From the NCBI GenBank assembly GCA_964634565.1, contig CAZWLP010000001.1, positions 29,146 through 93,145 of the forward strand: a stretch of DNA of 64,000 bases, given 5' to 3'. This DNA is from an uncultured Rikenellaceae bacterium (lineage in GTDB: Bacteria > Bacteroidota > Bacteroidia > Bacteroidales > VadinHA17). Below, piece by piece: positions 9,938-19,313 of this stretch. Positions within the stretch are counted from its first letter, which is position 1, and every line of letters begins with the position of its first letter. The position numbers were made by a program, and so were the translations under genes. The notes under the pieces are model-generated. The model was not told where the DNA came from and ran no database searches. It saw nothing but the letters and a program-made list of their open reading frames with translations.

Positions 9938-11323
9938 ATGACTGAAGATTTTTTCCAGGGATATAAAGGAGAAGCACTTAAGACTCTTAAGAAATACCGT
10001 GTAAGGGTATGGGGACAAACCGAAATTGATACCAGCAGGGGAACCTTTACTGGCACTGTGTTGCCAAGATCAGAAAATGACGACGACCTTCATATAGTTT
10101 TAAAAATAGAAACAGGATATAATATTGGTATTGATGTCGGCACAATAATAGGGATGAAAGAAACAGGCTATCAAAAAGCCAATTATAAGATCCCGGAAAA
10201 AGAATTTCCATATTCAGACAATAAGCCGTCGATTAAACTATTTGGCACCGGTGGGACTATTGCTTCAAGACTGGATTACAGGACGGGAGCTGTTATCCCG
10301 GCATTTTCGCCCGGAGAGCTCTATGGTGCTGTTCCTGAGCTTGCAGATATTTGTAATATCGACACCGAAAAACTTTTTGCAGTATTCAGTGAAAACATGG
10401 GCCCCGAACAGTATATTACACTGGCAAAGGCTATAGGAAAGGAAATAGAAAACGGCATTGATGGAATTGTAATAGGCCATGGCACAGATACACTGCACCA
10501 TACTGCTGCTGCATTATCATTTATGGTACAGGATCCGCCGGTACCAATTATACTCGTCGGATCACAAAGATCATCAGACAGACCCTCTTCAGATGCAGCC
10601 CTAAATCTTATCCATGCCTCCTGGGCAGCATCACATGGCGATATTGCCGAAGTACTTGTCTGTATGTTCGGACCAACCAGCGACGAGTATGGCTTTCTTC
10701 ACCGAGGAACCAGAGTACGTAAGATGCATAGTTCCTACAGATCAACATTCAGAACGATTGGTGATACCCCGGTTGCAACTATTACAAAAGAAGGAATTAA
10801 GCATATAAAGAAGAATTATAATCAAAGGAGAAAAGATAAGAAAGTAACTATACTGCCATATTTCTCTGAAAAAGTAAGTATGCTATATTATTATCCTCAT
10901 ATGCAGCCTGAAATTCTGGATAATCTTGTAGATCTGGGATATAAGGGCATTATTATTGTTGGCACAGGTCTCGGACATGTGAACCGGGAACTTTACCCCG
11001 CCCTGAAAAGAGCAAAGGATAAAGGTGTTTCCGTCTTTATGACCCTGCAAACCATATGGGGTTATGTTCATATGTTTGTTTACGAAACAGGACGCGATAT
11101 GATGGCCCTGGGAGTTACTCCCCTGGGTAATATGCTTCCCGAGGTAGCATGGGTAAAACTGGGCTGGGCCATGGGCCAGACTGAAGATCAGGAGGAAATT
11201 AAAAGAATAATGTTATCACCTGTTAATCAAGAGATCACAGAACGTGAGCCCTATAATGGTTATCTGGTATACCAGGGAGGGGTGCCCGAAGTCGAAAATT
11301 TTGTCAGAAGGTTCCATAAGTAA
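9938..11323 (+). CDS. gatD: Glu-tRNA(Gln) amidotransferase subunit GatD (asparaginase-fold glutaminase)
   Basis: GatD-type N-terminal domain (GTVLPRSE...IVLKIETGYNIGI), TGGTIASRLDYRTGAV, HGTDT, GSQRSSDRPSSDA, RVRKMHSS, MLPEVAWVKLGW. Starts 2 nt after the gatE stop. Confidence 0.93.
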   Translation: MTEDFFQGYKGEALKTLKKYRVRVWGQTEIDTSRGTFTGTVLPRSENDDDLHIVLKIETGYNIGIDVGTIIGMKETGYQKANYKIPEKEFPYSDNKPSIKLFGTGGTIASRLDYRTGAVIPAFSPGELYGAVPELADICNIDTEKLFAVFSENMGPEQYITLAKAIGKEIENGIDGIVIGHGTDTLHHTAAALSFMVQDPPVPIILVGSQRSSDRPSSDAALNLIHASWAASHGDIAEVLVCMFGPTSDEYGFLHRGTRVRKMHSSYRSTFRTIGDTPVATITKEGIKHIKKNYNQRRKDKKVTILPYFSEKVSMLYYYPHMQPEILDNLVDLGYKGIIIVGTGLGHVNRELYPALKRAKDKGVSVFMTLQTIWGYVHMFVYETGRDMMALGVTPLGNMLPEVAWVKLGWAMGQTEDQEEIKRIMLSPVNQEITEREPYNGYLVYQGGVPEVENFVRRFHK

Positions 11324-11389
11324 GTAATAATATACCTAAAATAGTATAACAATTTCTTCTATATTTGACTGTTCAGAAAAAGAGCGATA

Positions 11390-12007
11390 ATGATAGTATA
11401 TTTTCTAACCGGATTGGCAGCAAGTTCTCTGCATGTTGTTTCAGGACCTGACCACCTGGCAGCTGTTACCCCACTGGCGATTGAAAATAAAAAAAAGTCA
11501 TGGCTTGTCGGATTTACATGGGGGCTGGGCCATACATTGGGAGTGATAATTATCGGCATATTGTTTATTCTCTTCCGGGATCTGATACCCGTTGAAACAA
11601 TATCTGCCTATAGTGAACAGATGGTTGGCATACTTTTGATAATTATTGGTCTCTGGATCTTCTATAGAATTTTTTCAAACAAACCACACAAAAACTTCAA
11701 ACCAAAAAGAGATGATGCATGGACTGCACTGAGTATTGGTATTATACACGGAGTTGCAGGCGTAAGCCATCTTATTGGCATATTGCCAAGCCTTGCACTG
11801 CCTACCAGGGCTGATTCGGTTTCATATATTCTTGGCTTCAGTGTAGGTACAATAATCACCATGGTCGCATATTCCGCAATTATGGGCATGGTATCTCACA
11901 GAGCGACAAAAAATGATCATAGGAAATTATTACTTGGCATCAGAATAGCAGGAAGCACAGTTGCGATTCTTGTAGGTATTTTCTGGATCTTCCAGTCTTC
12001 CCATTAA
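11390..12007 (+). CDS. NicO/UreH/SodT-like Ni/Co permease (6 TM)
   Basis: LHVVSGPDH, WGLGH and GIIHGVAG..H motifs; hydrophobic helices. Confidence 0.7.
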   Translation: MIVYFLTGLAASSLHVVSGPDHLAAVTPLAIENKKKSWLVGFTWGLGHTLGVIIIGILFILFRDLIPVETISAYSEQMVGILLIIIGLWIFYRIFSNKPHKNFKPKRDDAWTALSIGIIHGVAGVSHLIGILPSLALPTRADSVSYILGFSVGTIITMVAYSAIMGMVSHRATKNDHRKLLLGIRIAGSTVAILVGIFWIFQSSH

Positions 12008-12039
12008 TCAAAGCAATAAATTACTTTAATTAACCAAAG

Positions 12040-12047
12040 TATCTTTG
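12040..12047 (+). promoter_or_regulatory. -7 element for the Nudix gene
   Basis: TATCTTTG, 48 nt upstream of ATG 12096. Confidence 0.45.
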
Positions 12048-12095
12048 GTGCAAAAAAATCCAGGCAGCAGCATAATATCTGATTATCTTTATAAA

Positions 12096-12749
12096 ATGAC
12101 TTTATCTGTAATTGCAAACAAACTTGGAGAGGCCCTTAAAGGAAAGTTGCCGGGTACTGATATTCAATGGGAAATGGCGTCATCCGATCGGATGATCAGT
12201 GACTTCCCCAGGAAAAAGAAAGAAGACTCCAGGCTCGCTGCTGTATTGATTACACTATATCCCTTAAATGGCAAAATCCATACTCTCTTTATTCAGCGTC
12301 CGGTATACAGCGGCATTCATAGCGGACAAATTGCCTTTCCTGGCGGAAAACAGGAAGACTCAGACATTGATCTTACAGCAACTGCCTTAAGAGAGGCCCA
12401 CGAAGAAACCGGCATATGCAGCTCAGATATTACAATAATGGGCAGCCTTACTCCTCTATATATTCCGGTAAGTAATATTGAGGTTACTCCTGTGGTGGCT
12501 TACTCAGCTACAAGACCGGATATCAACTCAGACAGCGATGAAGTTGTATCACTTATTGAAGCAGAATTATCTGCTTTTTATGATCCGGCACTAGTAAAAG
12601 AGAAGGCAATGCTAATAAGAGATGAAATGCTGAATATTAAATATTACGATTATAAGGGACATATTATCTGGGGAGCCACTGCAATGATATTATACGAGCT
12701 CCTGGTAGTTATCGAAGAAAACCGGATTATTTTAGAGCCAGGAGATTAG
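12096..12749 (+). CDS. CoA pyrophosphatase (Nudix, NudL-like)
   Basis: HSGQIAFPGG, Nudix box ALREAHEETG, IWGATA. Likely ATG 12096. Confidence 0.88.
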   Translation: MTLSVIANKLGEALKGKLPGTDIQWEMASSDRMISDFPRKKKEDSRLAAVLITLYPLNGKIHTLFIQRPVYSGIHSGQIAFPGGKQEDSDIDLTATALREAHEETGICSSDITIMGSLTPLYIPVSNIEVTPVVAYSATRPDINSDSDEVVSLIEAELSAFYDPALVKEKAMLIRDEMLNIKYYDYKGHIIWGATAMILYELLVVIEENRIILEPGD

Positions 12750-14151
12750 TATAATGCTCATAGCGGTCCAGAACCTCATTTACATAATTAAAAGGTTCCT
12801 CTCCACGACAGAATCCGTGTTCAACAACAGGATCGTGGTAGAATTCAGGATCTGATTTTTTAAGAAGGTAATAAGCAACATTATCATCCCAAATATCTGG
12901 ATCCCGTCCGTTTTTACGAGCCAGCCTCCTCGCATCAAGTACATGACCCGGACCTACATTATAAGATGCAAGAATAAATTTCAGTCTTTCAGATTCATCT
13001 TCGACTTTATCCTCGAACATCTCCTGAAGCCATTTAATATACATAACTCCGGCCTGTATATTCCTTTCTGGTGATTTTTTTACGTCTATTCCAAAATGTT
13101 CTCCTGTTGAAGGCATCAATTGCATAAGCCCATAAGCGCCTGCCCAGGAAGTTACATCAGGATCAAAACGTGATTCCTGTGCCACAAGTGAAGCAAGTAA
13201 ACGCCAATCCCAGCCAATGGAGTCGCTGTACTGCCTGAAATAATTATCATACTCTGAAACTCTTCCGCTAATAAGCGAGTAACTATCGCTCCTGACCATT
13301 GTACTCGACCTGGCATTCTTAAAATATTTGGCATATAAAAGCGCATAGCTTGTGCTCTTTCTGTATGTGTTTATCCAACTGTTCAGGCTGGCTACAAGTT
13401 CATTAGACCCGCTTTTACGTACAGCCCATGCAAAATTCTGGGGAAAACTTATCGGTGTATCAACATCCAGATTCGAATAGTAAGTACGGTTAACAAGACC
13501 AACGTTCTCATCACATACAGTATAGTCAATTTCCTTATCGGCCACAAGTGTTATCAATTCTTCAACCTCCATCGGAACTTCAACAATATTTATTGAATCA
13601 CCTATCTCATCCTCAAGATTCTTAAGTCGTTGTGCAAAAGAGGATCCACTCTGCACATATACCGTTTTACCTGCAAGATCAAGCTGGTTACGTACAAGTT
13701 CCCTGTCGATATCATCCCTGGTCATCTGGCGCCAGTTATCAGGCCTGCGCTGCACAAGGACCTGTCTTGTCTGGCCTATTGGTGCAGAAAATTTAACTCT
13801 TTCCTTTCTTTCATTATTTACGGCAAGGTTAAGAGCCATCAGGTCTACTTCTCCCCTGTCGAGCATTTCAAAAGAAATATTCAGGTCGTTCTCTGTGATT
13901 ATCTCAAGTTCCAGATCGATATAATCAGCAAAGGCCTGCAATAAATCAAACTGGAAGCCCATGGGCTCTCCCTTATATATAAAATAACTGGTTGAATTAT
14001 AATCGGTAATAGCTACAAGCTTACCCCCTTCGCGAATCTGACTAAGATCTTTATGTACAATTAATGACTGATTGTCATCATTGGAATATGTATTACAGGA
14101 AAAAGTAGTGAACAATAAAAATATTACAATTAATAAGAGTCTTGCACCCAA
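12727..14151 (-). CDS. mltF: MltF-like lytic transglycosylase (periplasmic-binding domain + SLT domain)
   Basis: YFIYKGEPMGFQFDL binding domain; QESRF, GAYGLMQLMP, ASYNVGPGHV SLT motifs. Confidence 0.85.
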   Translation of the reverse strand: MGARLLLIVIFLLFTTFSCNTYSNDDNQSLIVHKDLSQIREGGKLVAITDYNSTSYFIYKGEPMGFQFDLLQAFADYIDLELEIITENDLNISFEMLDRGEVDLMALNLAVNNERKERVKFSAPIGQTRQVLVQRRPDNWRQMTRDDIDRELVRNQLDLAGKTVYVQSGSSFAQRLKNLEDEIGDSINIVEVPMEVEELITLVADKEIDYTVCDENVGLVNRTYYSNLDVDTPISFPQNFAWAVRKSGSNELVASLNSWINTYRKSTSYALLYAKYFKNARSSTMVRSDSYSLISGRVSEYDNYFRQYSDSIGWDWRLLASLVAQESRFDPDVTSWAGAYGLMQLMPSTGEHFGIDVKKSPERNIQAGVMYIKWLQEMFEDKVEDESERLKFILASYNVGPGHVLDARRLARKNGRDPDIWDDNVAYYLLKKSDPEFYHDPVVEHGFCRGEEPFNYVNEVLDRYEHYTNLLALK

Positions 14152-14203
14152 AATACGTTATTTAGTTAGACATATGCCTTAATACCTGAGCAAAAAAGCG
14201 CGG

Positions 14204-14211
14204 CAAATATA
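14204..14211 (-). promoter_or_regulatory. -7 element for mltF
   Basis: Minus strand TATATTTG upstream of mltF. Confidence 0.45.
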
Positions 14212-14216
14212 CAAAA

Positions 14217-16154
14217 TTAATTATAAAACGTCCATGCAACACCATATTTGAACATCCTGACAGGCATCTGATAAGAAGGAACGTACTGATAATTATCTGA
14301 CATAAATTCAAGTCCCTGATTAACATGCTCAAACGAAAAGAAGAATCTTGTTCTCTTTAACTTTAAGTTAATGAAGGCATTAAGGTATGGGTAATTACCT
14401 GTCTTTATCTGGTCCTGGTTATAGAATGATCCGGTAGACGGCATATAACCCGATGCAAAGTATGAAGTATTGTAAATTCCTTCAACACCAATCTGAAATC
14501 CCAGCCGGCCACCTGTAACTTCAAATCTGATTAAATGATCAAAGTAGAACGAACTCTTTACTGCCATAAAAGGAAGATCAAGTATATCGGTATGACTCGA
14601 TTTCTGAATCAATATACGGTTAACAGACCTGAATTTCCAAAAATGAAAATTCTTATTAACCCTTATAGCCAGTACAGATATCGGACCATTAAACTGATCA
14701 GGTACAGCCTCCTTATTGAAATATAAATAGTTAGTTATCAGCGAATAGTCAGCAGACAGATCCAGATAAGTATGAGGTATTCTATATCCTCCTCCTATAT
14801 TTACCCGTAGTTCCTTCTGAAAATCATTACTCCATTCAAAGTGGTTGCTTCCATAACTCTTCTGCCAGAAAGATGGCTCACTATTTATAAATGATCCTGT
14901 ACCATATATTTCAGATGACCATTTACCTGAGCCAATAATCTTTTCTATTCGCCCCTTGATATTAAAATCACCCGCCTTATAACCCGAAATGTATAGATTA
15001 CCGTCTGCCTCCCACCAGAATTTCTCGCCGATTCTGTTTGATAATTTACCCAGAATAGCATTCGATGAATTCTTCCACTCGAGTGTATCTGAAAAAAAGA
15101 CAGTGTCATGAAGAGGTCTGATCTGGGAATACAAGTTCATCTCATTTGTTATACCTATTCCTATATCAAGCTGAAACTTTTTTCCTTCACCTGATGAAAA
15201 ATCGAATCTGATAGTATTTCGTAATACCCTGCTATAAAGAGAATCCAGCGTCGCAACATTATTCCTTACCCCGGTTATATAAACAGAATCGTAGAATCCA
15301 ATATCAGGAGATTCATCGTAATAGGTCTTTTTACCGTTTTCCCAGCTCAGAATATGGCTGAATGTTCCCATTACCGATGATATTTTTTTTGAAGAAGCAG
15401 AATCCCTTACTTCTTCTGAATTACCGCCAATGGTAAACTTCTGGACCAATAAAAAATCTTTATATCTGAATACCGACTCGGCATTATTTAAACCACCAAG
15501 ATTTGTTGGCAGGTCTTTAGTTGCCACTGTCCCTATCTGGCTGATATCTGCTATACCCCCGTTTTCGCCACCTTTAAAATTATTCAGGGTCCATGATCCA
15601 AAAACCTTATATCTCCTTCCCAGATAAGAAGAATGCAGGGTGAATGACCTGTCGTCTGTTGCCTGGTATCCATATTGTCCCAGGCTATTTATTATCTTCA
15701 GATCCAGACCTGCATTTAAGAACCTGTTAATATTCTGGGAATGTTTTATATTAAATGTCTGCTCTGCTTCTGTCCTTGCTCCTCCATAGGAAAACACCAG
15801 TTCGGTAAATGGAACCTGAGTGTCGAAATATACCTTATTTCCAAGGTGACTCATATATGGTTTATAATGTCTGTAAAGAAACTCATCAGATTTATAGGTC
15901 CTTCTGAAAAAATCGAATTCTTCAACGGGTAAACCATAGTTACCCAGAGATGAATAGAAAGGGCTCTGTTTATCAAGAATCTTATGCTCCTGAAATCCAG
16001 ACAGAGCAGTATCTATAGGTATAGGAACTATCAGAGTATAATCATCAGATAACATGTATTGCCTGGTAATACGAGCCAGCCTGGTGCTATCCTGCTGGGC
16101 GATTGCGGGGAATGTACCACCCAGCATAAATATGAATACAATCAATTTTCGCAT
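14217..16154 (-). CDS. Bacteroidota putative porin (outer-membrane beta-barrel)
   Basis: Signal peptide ending AIA-Q, SSLGNYGLP, PFTEL, alternating beta strands, C-terminal GVAWTFYN. Confidence 0.75.
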   Translation of the reverse strand: MRKLIVFIFMLGGTFPAIAQQDSTRLARITRQYMLSDDYTLIVPIPIDTALSGFQEHKILDKQSPFYSSLGNYGLPVEEFDFFRRTYKSDEFLYRHYKPYMSHLGNKVYFDTQVPFTELVFSYGGARTEAEQTFNIKHSQNINRFLNAGLDLKIINSLGQYGYQATDDRSFTLHSSYLGRRYKVFGSWTLNNFKGGENGGIADISQIGTVATKDLPTNLGGLNNAESVFRYKDFLLVQKFTIGGNSEEVRDSASSKKISSVMGTFSHILSWENGKKTYYDESPDIGFYDSVYITGVRNNVATLDSLYSRVLRNTIRFDFSSGEGKKFQLDIGIGITNEMNLYSQIRPLHDTVFFSDTLEWKNSSNAILGKLSNRIGEKFWWEADGNLYISGYKAGDFNIKGRIEKIIGSGKWSSEIYGTGSFINSEPSFWQKSYGSNHFEWSNDFQKELRVNIGGGYRIPHTYLDLSADYSLITNYLYFNKEAVPDQFNGPISVLAIRVNKNFHFWKFRSVNRILIQKSSHTDILDLPFMAVKSSFYFDHLIRFEVTGGRLGFQIGVEGIYNTSYFASGYMPSTGSFYNQDQIKTGNYPYLNAFINLKLKRTRFFFSFEHVNQGLEFMSDNYQYVPSYQMPVRMFKYGVAWTFYN

Positions 16155-16159
16155 TGGTC

Positions 16160-16167
16160 CAAAGATA
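16160..16167 (-). promoter_or_regulatory. -7 element only 5 nt upstream of the porin ATG
   Basis: Minus strand TATCTTTG. Confidence 0.5.
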
Positions 16168-16197
16168 GCAAAAAACTCCCTGCAGTAGTGCCTTTGA

Positions 16198-16431
16198 TCC
16201 CTTTGGCCGCGTAATTTGTTCCCTTTGGTCGCGTAATTTGCAACTTCGTTGCGTTATTGGCTTGTTTCACTCGCGTAAGATACTCCATTGCGTCGTTTAA
16301 TCTTTAAGAAACTATAATTACTAATTACGCTGAGCGCAGTGAAGCTCCTTACGCTGCAAAAGCAGCAAATTACATTGCCAAGCAATATATTTCGCCGTAC
16401 AGAGTACGGCAAATTACATCGCGCCAGCGAT
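16198..16431. repeat. ~22-bp-period array of constant AT-rich linkers and variable GC hairpins, two inverted arms (REP/BIME-like mosaic)
   Basis: GTAATTTG at 16211 and 16233, CAAATTAC at 16366 and 16410; hairpins such as GCCGTAC-AGA-GTACGGC (16394-16410) and GCTGC-AAAA-GCAGC (16353-16366). Confidence 0.75.
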
Positions 16432-17883
16432 TTAATCTACATTATCATTCAGATAAGCATTATCATCTCGTAAAACAGGTTCATCATCATCATCGCTAAG
16501 AGTAAAGGTAGAAATTTCAGATTTTTCCTTATCGTCCGATTTATTAATCTGAATATTCTTTCTTACAAAGGCAGGAACATCCTCAAACTCATCAATATTA
16601 TCCTTCATGGTATCGTTAGAAAGGCCCTTGTTTTTAATAATATTCTGCATATGCTTGATCTTCCTTAGGGTACCCTCTCCTGAATGATCGTGATCAGCAG
16701 ACTGGACATCACCGGCAGCAACTACGTCAAACTCAATTATTCCCTGCTTCTCATCCAGATCATCATCGCTGATTACAGACTTCTTTCGCTTTGCTTTTAT
16801 CAGCTCGTCGTCGGCAGTTTCTATAACTCTTTTAATTACCTTTTCTCCTGTATTAAGGGTAACCCTTTCTGTCTTTGAAACCGGCTTATATGGCTCAATA
16901 ATACTGTTTGATTCAAAACCTGTAGCTATAACCGTTACACTCACTTTAGCATCCAGGGTATTATCATTCGAGATTCCTCTTATAATAAGGGCGTCATTTG
17001 AAGCAACATCATATATATAATCAGTAATCTCGCCAAGCTCATCCATTGTAAGTTCATGCTCCCCTGTGCCTGATTTAACATTCAGGAGTATACTTTTTGC
17101 TCCGGTAATATTATTTGAATTCAGCAGGGGAGAATTAATTGCCTCCTGTATAGCTGCCAGAGCCCTGCCCTCACCACTGGCAAGTCCTGTGCCCATCACT
17201 GCCACACCTGAGTCACGCATTACCGTTTCCACATCTGAGAAATCAACGTTTATATAACCAGCCTCAGTAATAATCTCGGTTATACCCTTTACTGCTGTAG
17301 CAAGAACATCATCAGCTTTTGCAAATGCGGTAGATACACTCTGGTCGCCATAAATCTCCCTTAGTTTCTCATTATTAATAACCAGCAGGGAATCAACATG
17401 ATCTTTTAACTCGGTAATACCTTCAATAGCATTCTTAATCCTTATCTTTCCCTCCGACTTAAAAGGTATTGTAACAACCGCAATAGTCAGAATACCTGCT
17501 TCCCTGCATGCCCTGGCAATTACAGGTGTTGCCCCCGTACCCGTTCCTCCTCCCATTCCGGTAGTTATAAAAACCATCCTGGTATTGCCCGACAGAGCGG
17601 TCAGCACTTCTTCCAGGTTTTCTTCTGCCGACCGTTTACCTGTATCCGGTTTACTACCTGCTCCACGACCCTCTGTTAAAGATTCTCCTATCTGCACCTT
17701 AACAGGGACAGGGCTCTCAGCCAGGGCCTGAGCATCTGTATTACAGATCACAAAATTCACATCCTTAATACCATGGTTAAACATGTAGTTAACGGCATTA
17801 TTGCCGCCTCCACCTATCCCAAGAATTTTTATTATTGAAGACCTCTCTACCGGGAGATCAAAATTCATCAGATCATCTGACAT
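16432..17883 (-). CDS. ftsZ: Cell division GTPase FtsZ
   Basis: GIGGGGNNA, GMGGGTGTG, INVDFSD, C-terminal core peptide DVPAFVRK. Confidence 0.98.
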   Translation of the reverse strand: MSDDLMNFDLPVERSSIIKILGIGGGGNNAVNYMFNHGIKDVNFVICNTDAQALAESPVPVKVQIGESLTEGRGAGSKPDTGKRSAEENLEEVLTALSGNTRMVFITTGMGGGTGTGATPVIARACREAGILTIAVVTIPFKSEGKIRIKNAIEGITELKDHVDSLLVINNEKLREIYGDQSVSTAFAKADDVLATAVKGITEIITEAGYINVDFSDVETVMRDSGVAVMGTGLASGEGRALAAIQEAINSPLLNSNNITGAKSILLNVKSGTGEHELTMDELGEITDYIYDVASNDALIIRGISNDNTLDAKVSVTVIATGFESNSIIEPYKPVSKTERVTLNTGEKVIKRVIETADDELIKAKRKKSVISDDDLDEKQGIIEFDVVAAGDVQSADHDHSGEGTLRKIKHMQNIIKNKGLSNDTMKDNIDEFEDVPAFVRKNIQINKSDDKEKSEISTFTLSDDDDEPVLRDDNAYLNDNVD

Positions 17884-17938
17884 GACATATCGATTTTAAT
17901 TATTTTTCTTCAGCCTGCTTGTAAATATATAAACCATA

Positions 17939-19285
17939 TTAACTTATTCTCTGATCTTCTGTCTCAAACATTTTACCCAGGCTCTGCTTTAGCTTTTCAG
18001 TCCATGAAATTTTTGTCCCGGCATGTTCTTCGTATATTTCACTATGCTCATCATTAACAGGATCTGTATCTTTCAACCCGGTATTCTCATCAGTTCTGGA
18101 TCCTGCATTAAATGTACTTTTAAATGTTTCCAGATAATCAAAGCCCCTCATAATCAAGCCAACACTTGTAGCGAACATTGGCTGATTAATCTCTTCCCTG
18201 GATGATCCGGAAAGATTTTCATTTGGCAATCCGATCCTCACATCCATTGCTGTTTTAAACTTTACCAGCTGAGGAAGGTGCTTAAGCATTGCCCCTCCTC
18301 CAGTCAGGACTACTCCGGCCGATAGTTTCTCAGCATAACCTGAGCTCTGAATCTCAAAGTTAACAGCGTCAATAATTTCCTCCATCCTCGACTGTATAAT
18401 ATAAGCAAGGCTCTTAAAGGAAATTTCTTTGGGCTCACGTCCGCTTATTCCAGGAACAGAGACTACCTTATCTTCAGGAGCTATATCCCCAAGTGCTGAT
18501 CCATACTGCAATTTTAGCTGCTCGGCAAAACGCTGCAGAATAGAACAACCTTCCTTAATATCTTTTGTAACAACATTACCTCCAAATGGTATTACGGCAG
18601 TATGCCTGATAATATTATCGTAATATACTGCTACATCAGTAGTTCCTCCACCAATATCGACGAGTACAACCCCGGCCTCTTTCTCATCATCGGTCAGAAC
18701 TGCGTCTGAAGAAGCAAGTGGTTCAAGGATAAGATCCTTCACATTCAAACCTGCTTTCCTGATACATTTCTCAATATTTTTAGCAGAGGCAACCTGACCT
18801 ATTACTATATGAAAATTTGCTTCCAGTCTTCTTCCACACATCCCTATAGGATTCTTTACCCCTGTTTCATTATCGACAATAAAGTTCTGTGGAATAACAT
18901 GAATAATTTCCTCTCCGATCTCAATTGGAATTTTGTGCATATCCTGCGTCAGGTTAAACACATCTTCTTTCTGGATCTCATCATCACTGCTATCACGATT
19001 AATATAGCCGCGACTCTTCATGCTCTTAATATGCTGCCCTGCAATTCCCACAAAAACGTCGGTGAAAGCAACATCAGACCTGAGTTGAACATCTTCAACT
19101 GTTTTCCGGATAGCATTCACAGTTTCTTCGATATTTAAAACAACTCCTCTTTTTACTCCATTAGAGGGAGCTTTGCTCAAACCCAGAATCTCTATCCGGC
19201 CGTTTTCATTTTTTTTGCCGACTATGGATACAATTTTTGTTGTTCCAATGTCGATTGCTGCTACAAACTGTTCTCTCTGTTTCAT
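17939..19285 (-). CDS. ftsA: Cell division protein FtsA
   Basis: DIGTTKI, VDIGGGTTD, VLTGGGA actin-like motifs. Confidence 0.97.
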   Translation of the reverse strand: MKQREQFVAAIDIGTTKIVSIVGKKNENGRIEILGLSKAPSNGVKRGVVLNIEETVNAIRKTVEDVQLRSDVAFTDVFVGIAGQHIKSMKSRGYINRDSSDDEIQKEDVFNLTQDMHKIPIEIGEEIIHVIPQNFIVDNETGVKNPIGMCGRRLEANFHIVIGQVASAKNIEKCIRKAGLNVKDLILEPLASSDAVLTDDEKEAGVVLVDIGGGTTDVAVYYDNIIRHTAVIPFGGNVVTKDIKEGCSILQRFAEQLKLQYGSALGDIAPEDKVVSVPGISGREPKEISFKSLAYIIQSRMEEIIDAVNFEIQSSGYAEKLSAGVVLTGGGAMLKHLPQLVKFKTAMDVRIGLPNENLSGSSREEINQPMFATSVGLIMRGFDYLETFKSTFNAGSRTDENTGLKDTDPVNDEHSEIYEEHAGTKISWTEKLKQSLGKMFETEDQRIS

Positions 19286-19313
19286 AGTGAAATAAATATG
19301 GTTTTATTGCTTA

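Noticed and set aside
9938-11323. Reading gatD as a plain type I L-asparaginase
   Set aside because: The extra N-terminal domain, the SRLDYRTGAV and SQRSSDRPSSD motifs and tight coupling to gatE all point to GatD.
12727-12749. 23-bp convergent overlap of the Nudix gene and mltF
   Set aside because: Ordinary tail-to-tail overlap with no sign of a frameshift.
16198-16431. Possible CRISPR arrays here and at 41155-41296
   Set aside because: Constant parts are only about 8-11 bp, spacers are short palindromes or identical units, and no cas gene is in the window.
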